Shown piece by piece: positions 36,101 to 43,801 of a stretch of DNA of 54,745 nt; the stretch's first letter is position 1, and every line of letters begins with the position of its first letter. Source of the stretch: Armatimonadota bacterium (GTDB lineage Bacteria > Armatimonadota > UBA10988); assembly GCA_016235455.1 (NCBI GenBank), contig JACRKZ010000070.1:1-54745 (forward strand). The letters are read 5' to 3'. A program made the translations under genes and the position numbers. The notes beneath the pieces were generated by a model. That model searched no databases. It saw only the letters and a program-made list of their open reading frames with translations, and was not told where the DNA came from.

Positions 36101-36252
36101 AGCGGCGTGGCGAAGCGATGTACCAGCCCGGCACCAACGCCGGTGTGAACGTCGAGCCGACGGTGGACGCCGTGGGCCCGGCACAGTCGGTCGGCGGACA
36201 GCCGGTCCGCGACGATCTTGGTTCCGACCGCGGCTTCAGCCGCTGGGCGTAA
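33160..36252 (+). CDS. fliK: Fusion of soluble lytic transglycosylase (SLT/GH23) and flagellar hook-length control protein FliK
   Basis: SLT motifs TES.FNP, GAMGLMQLMP, AAYNAG, PPYKETQNYV; about 650 aa of Ala/Pro/Thr linker; FliK_C-like VRLELPEVGQVAVRI...LRRAL...L...L.EQG; located between fliJ and flgD. Confidence 0.85.
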   Translation: MIPPSLGQAMARIETIEGLLDRLSEATPSNQSANGTSFEAMLSAQLNGSTGATGSAAAAAMQSAAAQGTALGLGGQNGMAQSALSKALSGLATTSASATGGDLDLTPVPANIKQLALAAAQRYGVDPALVLSVINTESDFNPNCTSSAGAMGLMQLMPENCTEYAVSNPYDAAENIDGGVRQLRDMLTKYNGDARLALAAYNAGPTAVKRYDGIPPYKETQNYVRKVLGSLAYYHGQVTGQTVAPMADATLGSSATLAGLVGTGLNATGATPGVSPQRRIAAARPEGQPAAGSPVPATPMVPLTPMVQTTPLPTTVAPVTTQTPAGSATAPLGLGGLTTRAATAPQPLATESVSLPPSASQVQRAATPAPVQPELTPLAEPTPGSAAAPMAQMTPMAPAMAMPAPPLASETNGSNLPAPSAAAASVITPTASAGGGQTASTSDAFATAVTAPAMVPLASDAAQSPAWSSGSGQPAVRFVADAGSATATAATTAGATADAAATATANVPAPTRLLDTAADQPIMTMDLEVVGAAQPQALGQPQAQPATVADDMARWLAGGAQPTATPAPTVAPAEPSPSQAQPIPVSQPQPQPQPVSMASVTVDTAVPGVPTAPPASELSPSADRPVEEALDASQPARQAAPPRHVEVGQAASSTAGTSATTVQPTPSRTSTATATAVPSDPAPAPESMTAHVAETFGARASASGAMPTGELVGRVARHLAPTATTPAGQSAEATLAQIAQTVSGVVREVQTLPTDEQPAEAEDAQASARTEQASRPRALAPDVLAERQRPSAAAEQALATNAPVTAAVAAAQPGSTGGQSSHSGQRQVSAEPTRAVSATDGTNVPTFSLAEASRTAAPAQVTQGGTEVAARDLSDMTAQLAGRAKLVRTPGHDEFTVRLELPEVGQVAVRIVRDGGGVSVNLQTGSDSLRRALQDQMPHLESALREQGVQMSSFSAGDRGDQRQDAYQAWFGQQAGQGQQQRRGEAMYQPGTNAGVNVEPTVDAVGPAQSVGGQPVRDDLGSDRGFSRWA

Positions 36253-36269
36253 CGGAAAGGAGCAGAACC

Positions 36270-36671
36270 ATGGCGAGCATCAGCAGCGTCACCAACTATG
36301 ACCCCAGTCTGGGGCGAACCGGCGGCACGGCGAAGAAGGATCTGGACTCGGACACCTTCTTGCAGCTGCTTGTCGCGCAGCTGCGGTACCAGGACCCCAT
36401 GTCGGGGATGGACCAGCAGGCCTTCATGCAGCAGTTGTCCACCATGTCGAGCATGCAGCAGCAGCAGAGCATCAACGCCAATCTGTCGGACATGGTCAAG
36501 CAGAACCAGGTCACCCAAGCAACAGGCATGATTGGCCGTACAGTTAAGGGCACAGTGGACGATAAGGAGATAGAAGGGAAGGTCACCGCGGTGACCATCT
36601 CCAGCGACAAGGTAATGCTGAAGGTGGGCACGGACAGCGTGCCCTACAGCTCGGTCTATGAGGTAACCTAG
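36270..36671 (+). CDS. flgD: Flagellar hook cap FlgD
   Basis: LD.DTFLQLLVAQLRYQDP; QA.GMIGR.V; AAAGGAG RBS. Confidence 0.95.
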   Translation: MASISSVTNYDPSLGRTGGTAKKDLDSDTFLQLLVAQLRYQDPMSGMDQQAFMQQLSTMSSMQQQQSINANLSDMVKQNQVTQATGMIGRTVKGTVDDKEIEGKVTAVTISSDKVMLKVGTDSVPYSSVYEVT

Positions 36672-36697
36672 CGCTCGGACAGCATGGAGCCACCGGG

Positions 36698-37087
36698 ATG
36701 CGACTGGACAGGATAGACAAAGCCGGAGCCATTGCCGGCGCGACCGAGGCGCAAGCACCCCGCAAGACGGGTGCGGTCGCCTTTGAGGAAGCGCTGCGCA
36801 AGGCGACCGGCAGCGAGTCGACCACAGCCGCCCCAGGCCTCGATTTCTCCAAGCACGCCTTGCAGCGGCTGGAGCAGCGGGGCATCAAGCTCGATGACCA
36901 GTTGATGGAGCGCTTGACCGGCGCGGTGGACCGCGCCGCGACGAAGGGCTCGCGCACAACGCTGGTGCTGGTCGACCAGACCGCCTTCGTGGTTGGTGTC
37001 CCCAACCGCACGGTGGTGACGGTCGCCGACCAGGAGAACCTGCGCGAGAAGGTCTTCACCAACATCGACAGCATGGTCATCGCCTGA
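36698..37087 (+). CDS. Flagellar operon protein TIGR02530 family
   Basis: FSKHA.QRL..RGI, A..KG...LV, V.V.NRTVVT, VFTNIDS; typical position between flgD and flgE. Confidence 0.92.
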   Translation: MRLDRIDKAGAIAGATEAQAPRKTGAVAFEEALRKATGSESTTAAPGLDFSKHALQRLEQRGIKLDDQLMERLTGAVDRAATKGSRTTLVLVDQTAFVVGVPNRTVVTVADQENLREKVFTNIDSMVIA

Positions 37088-37107
37088 GGCGGGACCGAGC
37101 AACGCAG

Positions 37108-37235
37108 GCGCCCTGACGGGCGCGTCGGAACACAGTGATCAGCACTGGGGCTGGCCCTCTCGGAGGAAGCCCCCTCTGGCAACGCGGACCATGAGGTCCG
37201 TGGGTGGGAGTTCGTCCCATCCGAAACGGGAGGCA
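37108..37235 (+). ncRNA. Candidate structured cis-regulatory leader upstream of flgE
   Basis: Five consecutive hairpins, including GGGGCT-GGC-CCTC-TCG-GAGG-A-AGCCCC, GCGGACC/GGTCCGT and GGGTGGGA/TCCCATCC. Confidence 0.45.
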
Positions 37236-37238
37236 ACC

Positions 37239-38483
37239 ATGAGCCGGTTGTTTTCGACGGCCATCTCGAGCATGCAGACCCACTCCTTGGGCATCGACGT
37301 GGCAGGCAACAACATCGCCAACCTGAACACCACGGGCTACAAGGGTGTGCGCGCCACCTTCGAAACACTCTTCAGCCAGACACTGCGCCAGGCGCAAGCC
37401 CCGCAGAACGGCCTGGCCGGCAACGATCCCATGCAGGTGGGTGCCGGCGTGGGTCTGGCCAACACCATGACCAGCTTCGCCCGCGGCAGCCTGGAGCACA
37501 CGGGCGAGAACCTCGACCTGGCCATCGCCGGCCGTGGTTTCTTCGTTCTCTCCGGCCCCGGCGGCGAAGAGGCCTACACGCGTGACGGCGCCATGACGCT
37601 GGACGCCAACGGCCAGTTGACGCACGCCAGCTCCGGCCTGTCGGTGCAAGGCTTGTTGGCCGACCCGGCCACCAACCTGATCCCGGCCAACGCGCTGCCC
37701 ACCAACATCGTCATCCCGCCGGGCCTGACGCTGAACGCGCAGGGCACCGAGACGGTCAACATCGCGGGCAACCTCAACGCCAGCGCGGCTGTCGGCGATT
37801 CGACCGACATGCAGTACCGGTACTACGACAGCCTGGGCGTGGCGCATGTCATGACCGTCAGCTTCACCAAGACCGGCGCGGGTGCCTGGGGCTTCAGCGG
37901 CTATATCGATGTGCCGGCCAACAACGTGGGCAGCGGCACCCTGACCTTCTCTGCCACCGGCGATGTCAGCGCGGTGACGGGCAACACGTTCACCGTCACC
38001 TCGGCCAGCACGGGTGTCACCGCGGGCGCCACCGCTCCGCAGTCCATCCTGGCCAACCTGCAGCAGATGACGCAGTTCTCCTCCACGGCCGAGGTGCAGG
38101 CGACCAACCAGGACGGCTTCCCCCCGGGCGCGCTGAACGACGTCACCATCGACACGTCGGGCAACATCCAGGCGGTGTTCTCCAACGGCCAGTCGCGCCT
38201 CATCGCGCGCATGGCCGTGGCCAACTTCGCCAACCTCAACGGCCTGGTGCGGTCGGGCGACAACCTGTTCATCCAGTCGTCCAACACCGGTTCGCCGCAG
38301 ATCGTCAGCGCCGGCAGCGGCGGCACGGGTCAGATCCAGTCGCAGGCGTTGGAGCGCTCCAACGTGGACCTGGCCAGCGAACTGACCACGCTGCTCGTGC
38401 TGCAGCGCGGCTACTCGGCCGCCACGCGCATGGTGTCCACCGCGGACGACATGCTGCAGGAGGCGCTCAACCTCAAGCGCTAA
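37239..38483 (+). CDS. flgE: Flagellar hook protein FlgE
   Basis: GNNIANLNTTGYK, DLAI.G.GFF, YTRDG, YDSLG..H, LE.SNVDL..E; GGGAGG RBS. Confidence 0.96.
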   Translation: MSRLFSTAISSMQTHSLGIDVAGNNIANLNTTGYKGVRATFETLFSQTLRQAQAPQNGLAGNDPMQVGAGVGLANTMTSFARGSLEHTGENLDLAIAGRGFFVLSGPGGEEAYTRDGAMTLDANGQLTHASSGLSVQGLLADPATNLIPANALPTNIVIPPGLTLNAQGTETVNIAGNLNASAAVGDSTDMQYRYYDSLGVAHVMTVSFTKTGAGAWGFSGYIDVPANNVGSGTLTFSATGDVSAVTGNTFTVTSASTGVTAGATAPQSILANLQQMTQFSSTAEVQATNQDGFPPGALNDVTIDTSGNIQAVFSNGQSRLIARMAVANFANLNGLVRSGDNLFIQSSNTGSPQIVSAGSGGTGQIQSQALERSNVDLASELTTLLVLQRGYSAATRMVSTADDMLQEALNLKR

Positions 38484-38501
38484 GCCGCTAGATCTCGCTG
38501 A

Positions 38502-38580
38502 CGGCTGGCCCGCGGGCCAGCCGCGGCGGCCCAGCTTCCCGGCGCGGGGTCTAGGACCGCGCCGGGAGGCCCCTACGGGG
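38502..38580 (+). other. Tandem hairpins between flgE and flbD
   Basis: 22-bp perfect palindrome CGGCTGGCCCGCGGGCCAGCCG; 11-bp stem TCCCGGCGCGG/CCGCGCCGGGA; small stem over the flbD RBS. Confidence 0.45.
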
Positions 38581-38590
38581 AGGATGCCCA

Positions 38591-38839
38591 ATGGTCAAGG
38601 TACGCCGGCTCGACGGCTCGCGGTTCGTGCTCAATGCCGAACTCATCGAGACCCTGGAAGCCACGCCCGATACGGTGCTGCGCCTGACCAATGGCAAGGT
38701 CTATGTGGTCAAGGAGGGCGTCGACGAGGTGCTGGCCAGCGTCATCGCCTACAAGCGAGCGATGTTCACCCACCTGTTTGGCAACCCCGCCGAAGGCCCC
38801 GAGTGGCCGCCGGCGGATCCGGCCGCCGCGGAGTCGTGA
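38591..38839 (+). CDS. flbD: Flagellar protein FlbD/SwrD
   Basis: M..V.RLDG..FVLNAELIE..EATPDT...LTNG..YVV.E. Confidence 0.95.
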   Translation: MVKVRRLDGSRFVLNAELIETLEATPDTVLRLTNGKVYVVKEGVDEVLASVIAYKRAMFTHLFGNPAEGPEWPPADPAAAES

Positions 38840-39873
38840 TGCACACCATGCGCACAACCAGGTACTGGCTCGCGGCCCAGCTGACGCTGCTCGCCGCCGG
38901 CGCTGGCTTGGCGCTCGCACCCGAACCCGAGCAGGTGGCCGACCGCTTGCGTTTGCTCTGCGCCAGCCAGTCGCATCTCCTGGTCAGGCAGGCCGGTTCC
39001 TCGCCGCGTGGCCGCGCCATTCCGCTGGTCGTGGCATCGACGACGCCCAACGAACTGGCGGGCCAACTGCGCCTGCTCGTGCTCGCCCGCCAGCATGGCG
39101 ATGAGCCAGTACCCGCGCAGTCCGCCCTGCTGTGGCTCTCCGAGCAAGGCCAGCAGACGGCGGCGTTCCGACGCGTGGCGGTGATCCTGGTGCCGACCCT
39201 CAACGTCGATGGCGCGGTGCGCGGCACCCGCGAAAACGCGGCCGGGGTGGACCTCAACCGCGACTGGGTCGACCAGTCGCAGCCCGAGACCCAACTGGCG
39301 CTGCGCATCGCCGAGCGCTACCAGCCGCACGCCGTGGTCGACCTGCACACCTTTGCCGGCCGCACTCACGATGACGGCACCCGCGCCGATGCCGACTGGG
39401 TGGAATGCCACCGCACCGGCTCGGCGGAGCTGGACCGGCTCTCCTATGACCTTGGCAACGACCTGGTCGGCGAGTTGCGCGGACTGGGTGAGAACCTGGA
39501 CCTGCTGCAGAGCAGTGACGCCACGCGTCTGGCACATCGCTACTTCGCCGAGCGGCTGCACATGCTGTCCTGGCTGTTCGAGGTCGGCGACCACCGCACA
39601 GACCCCGAAGCCGTGCTGTTGTCTCGCTTGGTAACCATGCTCAGTGACCGCTACGACGACCTCAAGCCGCGCCTGGACGCGATGCGAGGCCTGCGCACCT
39701 GGCACCAGGCCGAGCCCCTGGTCGCGGTGGACGCGCCGGCCGCCGCGCCCTTGCCGGCGGCACCCCGGCCGCGCCGGCCGGCCGCCTTGCTGGGCTGGTA
39801 TGCCGCCGGCCTGGGCTTGCTGCTGGCCGCGCGTGGACGCATTGATGCCGAAGGTGACGATGATGTCAGCTGA
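38839..39873 (+). CDS. M14 family zinc carboxypeptidase, exported and C-terminally membrane anchored
   Basis: HGDE (HxxE), P.LN.DG, REN..GVDLNRDW, VDLH, FEV; N-terminal signal; Pro/Ala linker then a C-terminal TM; TGATG coupling to flbD. Confidence 0.85.
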   Translation: MHTMRTTRYWLAAQLTLLAAGAGLALAPEPEQVADRLRLLCASQSHLLVRQAGSSPRGRAIPLVVASTTPNELAGQLRLLVLARQHGDEPVPAQSALLWLSEQGQQTAAFRRVAVILVPTLNVDGAVRGTRENAAGVDLNRDWVDQSQPETQLALRIAERYQPHAVVDLHTFAGRTHDDGTRADADWVECHRTGSAELDRLSYDLGNDLVGELRGLGENLDLLQSSDATRLAHRYFAERLHMLSWLFEVGDHRTDPEAVLLSRLVTMLSDRYDDLKPRLDAMRGLRTWHQAEPLVAVDAPAAAPLPAAPRPRRPAALLGWYAAGLGLLLAARGRIDAEGDDDVS

Positions 39874-40630
39874 CACCAAGAAGCTGGTCTGGCTCGGCCT
39901 GGCGGGTTACCTGTGCGGCACAGCCGCCATGGCGGTGGCCTGGACCGTGGCGGCCCGACCGCATGGCCTGTTCCATCTGCCCGCCCTGCTCTCGGTGTTC
40001 CTGGCCGGCGCGGCCTTCACGCTCGTCGGCGCCAGGTCGGCCGACTGGCAGGTGCTGCGGTCCCGACCAGAAGCCGGAGGCGAGACCGAGGCCAAAGCGC
40101 GCCTGATCGCCTTGGCGGCCGTCGCTCGCGCCGAAGGCGCCCGCGGCTTGGAGCGCCAACTGCCCCACGCCACGCAGCCGCTCGAGCGGCAGGGGCTGAA
40201 CCTGCTGGTCGACGGCTGCGGGTCCGCCGAGTTGCAGGCGGCGCTGCAGGCGGCGGCCGACGCCGCCGGCGATGCCGACCACGGCCCGGCCCGGGTCTGG
40301 CGTCTGCTCAGCTCGTCGTTCGTCAATGCGGGCATCGTCGTCACGCTGATCGGCATGGTGCGCACGCTGCTGGGCAACGGGCCGGAAGGGCCGCCGCCCG
40401 AGGCTTTGGCCGGGGCGCTCACCGCGGCCGTCTACGGGATTGTGGTGGGGTTGGGCGTGCTCCATCCCCGCGTGGGCCGTGCCCGCGTGGCTGCTCGGGC
40501 AGCCGCGGCGCAACGGCGAGTCTGGATCGAGGGCCTGGTAGCCATCGCCGGCGGCATCCATCCGCGGCGACTGGCTGACCGCTGGAACATGGATTCCAGC
40601 GAGGCGCCACTATTGAGGCGCGTGGCCTGA
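39860..40630 (+). CDS. motA: Divergent MotA-like stator protein
   Basis: AR.EG...LE, GL.LLVDG, TLIGMV, AL...YG, EGL.AI..G..PR; four TMs; precedes fliL. Confidence 0.75.
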   Translation: MMSADTKKLVWLGLAGYLCGTAAMAVAWTVAARPHGLFHLPALLSVFLAGAAFTLVGARSADWQVLRSRPEAGGETEAKARLIALAAVARAEGARGLERQLPHATQPLERQGLNLLVDGCGSAELQAALQAAADAAGDADHGPARVWRLLSSSFVNAGIVVTLIGMVRTLLGNGPEGPPPEALAGALTAAVYGIVVGLGVLHPRVGRARVAARAAAAQRRVWIEGLVAIAGGIHPRRLADRWNMDSSEAPLLRRVA

Positions 40631-40659
40631 GCCGATTAAGGAACTGAGGAGCAATCACC

Positions 40660-41343
40660 ATGGCGCAGGAACCCCAGGGAGCAGCAGAAGCCGCGGCCGC
40701 GCCTGCCGCGGCGCCGGCCAAGAAGAAGTCGCCCTTGCCGATCGTCATCGCCACCGCCCTACTCGTGGGCCCGCTGGCTTTTGGCCTGTTCACCTTCAAG
40801 CAGGGCGCGGCGAGGAAGAAGGAGGCACTCGTCGAGAAGTGGGAGAAGACCGCTCCCAAGGTGCCGGCCAGCTTCGCCTTGGAAACGATCACGGTCAACA
40901 TGGCCGACGGTGACCGCTACTGCCGCTTCACGCCCGTGCTCTACTTCGAGTTCGATGTCGTCGACGCCAAGTTCTTCAAGAGCAAGGCGGCCTCGCTGAC
41001 ACCAGGCAGCGAAGAGAAGAAGAGCGGCGGTGAGGGCCATGGCGAAGGCGGGAAGAAGGCCGAGGCCAAGGACCCGACGGTGCCCAAGACCGAGCCCAGC
41101 AAGGCCGTCACGACCCTCGTCGAGGAGCTCCCGCAGTGCCTGGCCGAGCTGAAGGACTCGGCGATCAACCTCGTCTCCTCGCAGAACTTCGAGGAGCTGA
41201 GCAAGCTCAAAGGTAAGGAGCATCTGAAGAAGGAGTTGGCCGAACGCTTCACGGTGATCGTCGAGCAGGTGCTTGAAGAGGCCAAGCTCGAGACCAAGTT
41301 CGAGGTCAAGAAGGTGCTGTTCTCCGACTTCATCATGCAGTAG
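40660..41343 (+). CDS. fliL: Flagellar basal body protein FliL
   Basis: N-terminal TM, LETITVN.AD..RY, KD..I, GKE.LK.EL, V.FSDFIMQ. Confidence 0.9.
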   Translation: MAQEPQGAAEAAAAPAAAPAKKKSPLPIVIATALLVGPLAFGLFTFKQGAARKKEALVEKWEKTAPKVPASFALETITVNMADGDRYCRFTPVLYFEFDVVDAKFFKSKAASLTPGSEEKKSGGEGHGEGGKKAEAKDPTVPKTEPSKAVTTLVEELPQCLAELKDSAINLVSSQNFEELSKLKGKEHLKKELAERFTVIVEQVLEEAKLETKFEVKKVLFSDFIMQ

Positions 41344-41375
41344 GATCAAGGTCGAAGGTGCTCTGAGAGTGATTC

Positions 41376-41969
41376 ATGGCAGACGATGACAATCAGCTCC
41401 TGAGCAACGACGACCTCGACGCGCTGTTTGCCGGCGCTAGTGGCGGCGGTGACGAAGAAGAGCACAAGCCGGGCCCGCTGGCGTCGGCCGGTGAGCCCGT
41501 GCTGCTGGGTGGCGGCGGCGCCGACGATGACATCGTCGACGCCATGCAGCTCGATCAGGCCTCCATCGACGCGCTGTTCTCCGGCGGCATGCCCTCGTCT
41601 CCCCCGCCCGCACCCAAGTTGACGCCCCGCGCCACCGCTCCCGAAGTCAAGGCGCCACCTGCCACGGCCGCTCGGGCCGGCGCCGCGGCCCCGGCCGCGC
41701 CCGGCGCGCGACCGGGCAAGGCCACTCAGGTCGGCGACCTCGATCTGCTGGCCGAGGTGGTGCTCGTGCTCAGCGCCGAGATCGGCCGCACCGACATGAG
41801 CATCAGTGATGTGCTCAAGCTCCGGCCAGGCTCCATCGTCGAACTCGACAAGCTGGCCGGCGAACCGGTGGAGCTCTACGTCAACGACTGCTGCATCGCA
41901 CGCGGCGAAGTGGTCGTCGTCGACGACAGTTTCGGCATCCGCGTCACGGAGTTGGGTGACGGCCAATGA
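41376..41969 (+). CDS. fliN: Flagellar switch protein FliN (FliY-like N-terminal peptide, no CheC domain)
   Basis: LSNDDLDALF and LDQASIDALF peptides; C-terminal SpoA domain GSIVELDKLAGEPV...IARGEVVVV...FGIRVT. Confidence 0.88.
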   Translation: MADDDNQLLSNDDLDALFAGASGGGDEEEHKPGPLASAGEPVLLGGGGADDDIVDAMQLDQASIDALFSGGMPSSPPPAPKLTPRATAPEVKAPPATAARAGAAAPAAPGARPGKATQVGDLDLLAEVVLVLSAEIGRTDMSISDVLKLRPGSIVELDKLAGEPVELYVNDCCIARGEVVVVDDSFGIRVTELGDGQ

Positions 41970-42256
41970 GTGACGATCAAGGCTACCAGAACATCGGCGG
42001 CGTCAAAGTGACGCTGCGCGCGCGCCTCGGCTGCAGCCGGCTCAAGGTGCGCGAGGTCGAGGCTCTGCGCCCTGGCGCCGTGGTCACGCTCGACCGCCTG
42101 GCCGGCGAGCCGCTGGAGATGCTCTGCCGCGGCCACGTCATCGCCCGCGGCGAAGTGATGATCCAGGACGAGGCTTTCGCCCTGCGTCTCACCGAGATCG
42201 TGCAGCGCGGCAAGGCCGATGAGTTACGTCAACGTCGCATGCGCGGCAGGAAATGA
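41966..42256 (+). CDS. fliN: Second FliN/SpoA-domain protein
   Basis: GAVVTLDRLAGEPLE...IARGEV...FALRLTEI; ATGA coupling to the preceding gene. Confidence 0.82.
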   Translation: MSDDQGYQNIGGVKVTLRARLGCSRLKVREVEALRPGAVVTLDRLAGEPLEMLCRGHVIARGEVMIQDEAFALRLTEIVQRGKADELRQRRMRGRK

Positions 42257-42294
42257 CTAATCCGAGCCATTTATGGCTCGCCTCAGACCGCGTA

Positions 42295-42359
42295 GAGTTC
42301 CCCCATTGGCTCAACGGGCTTACGGCCGCTTAGTCCGTACCCGAGTGAGCCGGGGACTC
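42295..42359 (+). promoter_or_regulatory. Long hairpin sequestering the fliO ribosome-binding site
   Basis: Nested pairings GAGTTCCCC/GGGGACTC, GGCTCA/TGAGCC, CGGG/CCCG, TACGG/CCGTA. Confidence 0.45.
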
Positions 42360-42364
42360 CAACG

Positions 42365-42958
42365 ATGCGCAGAACCTCGTACACCGGACGCCACCTGACC
42401 TGGTGGATCAGCGCCCTGATCCTGGCCGTGGCGCCCGTGGTCGCCCAAAACGGGGGCGCCAAGGCGACCGCACCCGCATCCGCGGCTCCCGCGTCGCCGT
42501 CCGTGCCGGCGGCCGCGGCGACAGCCACGACGCCTGCGCCCGGCGTGGCCGCCAGTGCGCCGGTGCCCTCCTACGCGCCGCCCAGCGTGGGCCACTACGG
42601 CCCCTCTGGCCCGTGGATGATGGTGCGGACCCTGTTCGCGCTGGGCCTGGTCGTCGGACTCATCTACCTCACCGCCTGGGCCGCCAAGGCCAAGGGCGGC
42701 ATCACGGCGGCGCCCAGCGGCTACCGGCTGCGCGTCGTCGAAACCATCGCCCTGGCGCCCAACCGCAGCCTGCATCTGGTGGCGGTCGGCCAGCAGGTGT
42801 TGCTGCTCGGCGCCGGCACCGACGGCATGCGCACGCTGGCCACCTTCAGTGCCGAGGAACTGGGCTACGACCCAGACAGCGCCGTGCCGCCGGCGGAGAG
42901 CTTCATGGCCAAGCTGCAAGCCTACCGTGGCGGCGGCGGCGAGCAGGTGGGGAGGTGA
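42365..42958 (+). CDS. fliO: Flagellar biogenesis protein FliO
   Basis: TM followed by LRVVET.AL.PNRSL.LV.VG...LLLG; precedes fliP. Confidence 0.85.
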   Translation: MRRTSYTGRHLTWWISALILAVAPVVAQNGGAKATAPASAAPASPSVPAAAATATTPAPGVAASAPVPSYAPPSVGHYGPSGPWMMVRTLFALGLVVGLIYLTAWAAKAKGGITAAPSGYRLRVVETIALAPNRSLHLVAVGQQVLLLGAGTDGMRTLATFSAEELGYDPDSAVPPAESFMAKLQAYRGGGGEQVGR

Positions 42959-42963
42959 CCGCC

Positions 42964-43791
42964 ATGCGACGCCTGTGGCCGGTCCTGGGGCTTCTGGCGG
43001 CCTGCGGTGGTGCTTTGGCGCAGACCACGACCACCACAACCGCCGCGCCGGCCGCCGCCGCGGCCGCTGGTGCGGGCAACCCCGCCTCGGGCGGCGGCGC
43101 CGGCGGCGATGTCCTGCCGCTGCCGGGCGTGTCGGTGCAGTTGACCTCCCCGCAGTCACGCGCGGAGAACTACTCGTCGCTGCAGATCATGTTCCTGCTG
43201 ACCATGATCGCCATGGCGCCGACGATGCTGCTGATGCTGACATCGTTCACGCGCATCATCATCGTGCTCGGGTTCCTGCGGCAGGCGCTGGGCACCCACC
43301 AGGTGCCACCCAACCAAGTCGTCCTGGGGCTGGGCTTGTTCATGACCATGTTCATCATGGCGCCGGTCTTCAAGGACGTGCAGAAGACAGCCATCGAGCC
43401 CTACATGGCCAAGCAGATCGACTCCAAGACCTGCATCGACCGCGCGCTGATCCCGCTGCGTGGCTTCATGCTGCGCAACACCCGCCCCAACGATCTGGCG
43501 CTGTTCGTCGAGATGAGCCGCGAGCCGCGGCCGTCCAACGCGGCCGCCTGCCCCAGCTACGTGCTCATTCCCGCCTTCTGCCTGTCCGAGCTCAAGACTG
43601 CCTTCGAGATCGGCTTCCTGATCTACATTCCGTTCCTGGTCATCGATGTGGTGGTGGCCAGTGTGACCATGTCCATGGGCATGATGATGCTGCCGCCAGT
43701 GATCATCTCCATGCCCTTCAAGCTCTTGTTGTTCGTCATGGTTGACGGCTGGCACCTGGTGCTCAGCGGTCTGGCACGCAGCTTCGGCTAG
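42964..43791 (+). CDS. fliP: Flagellar export gate FliP
   Basis: TSFTRIIIV, PPNQV, PAF.LSELK.AF.IG, MGMMMLPP, DGW.L. Confidence 0.98.
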   Translation: MRRLWPVLGLLAACGGALAQTTTTTTAAPAAAAAAGAGNPASGGGAGGDVLPLPGVSVQLTSPQSRAENYSSLQIMFLLTMIAMAPTMLLMLTSFTRIIIVLGFLRQALGTHQVPPNQVVLGLGLFMTMFIMAPVFKDVQKTAIEPYMAKQIDSKTCIDRALIPLRGFMLRNTRPNDLALFVEMSREPRPSNAAACPSYVLIPAFCLSELKTAFEIGFLIYIPFLVIDVVVASVTMSMGMMMLPPVIISMPFKLLLFVMVDGWHLVLSGLARSFG

Positions 43792-43801
43792 GAGACACCT
43801 T

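Noticed and set aside
39780-39840. C-terminal TM of the M14 peptidase as a cryptic MotB helix
   Set aside because: It lacks the essential Asp, has the wrong topology and has no OmpA-like domain.
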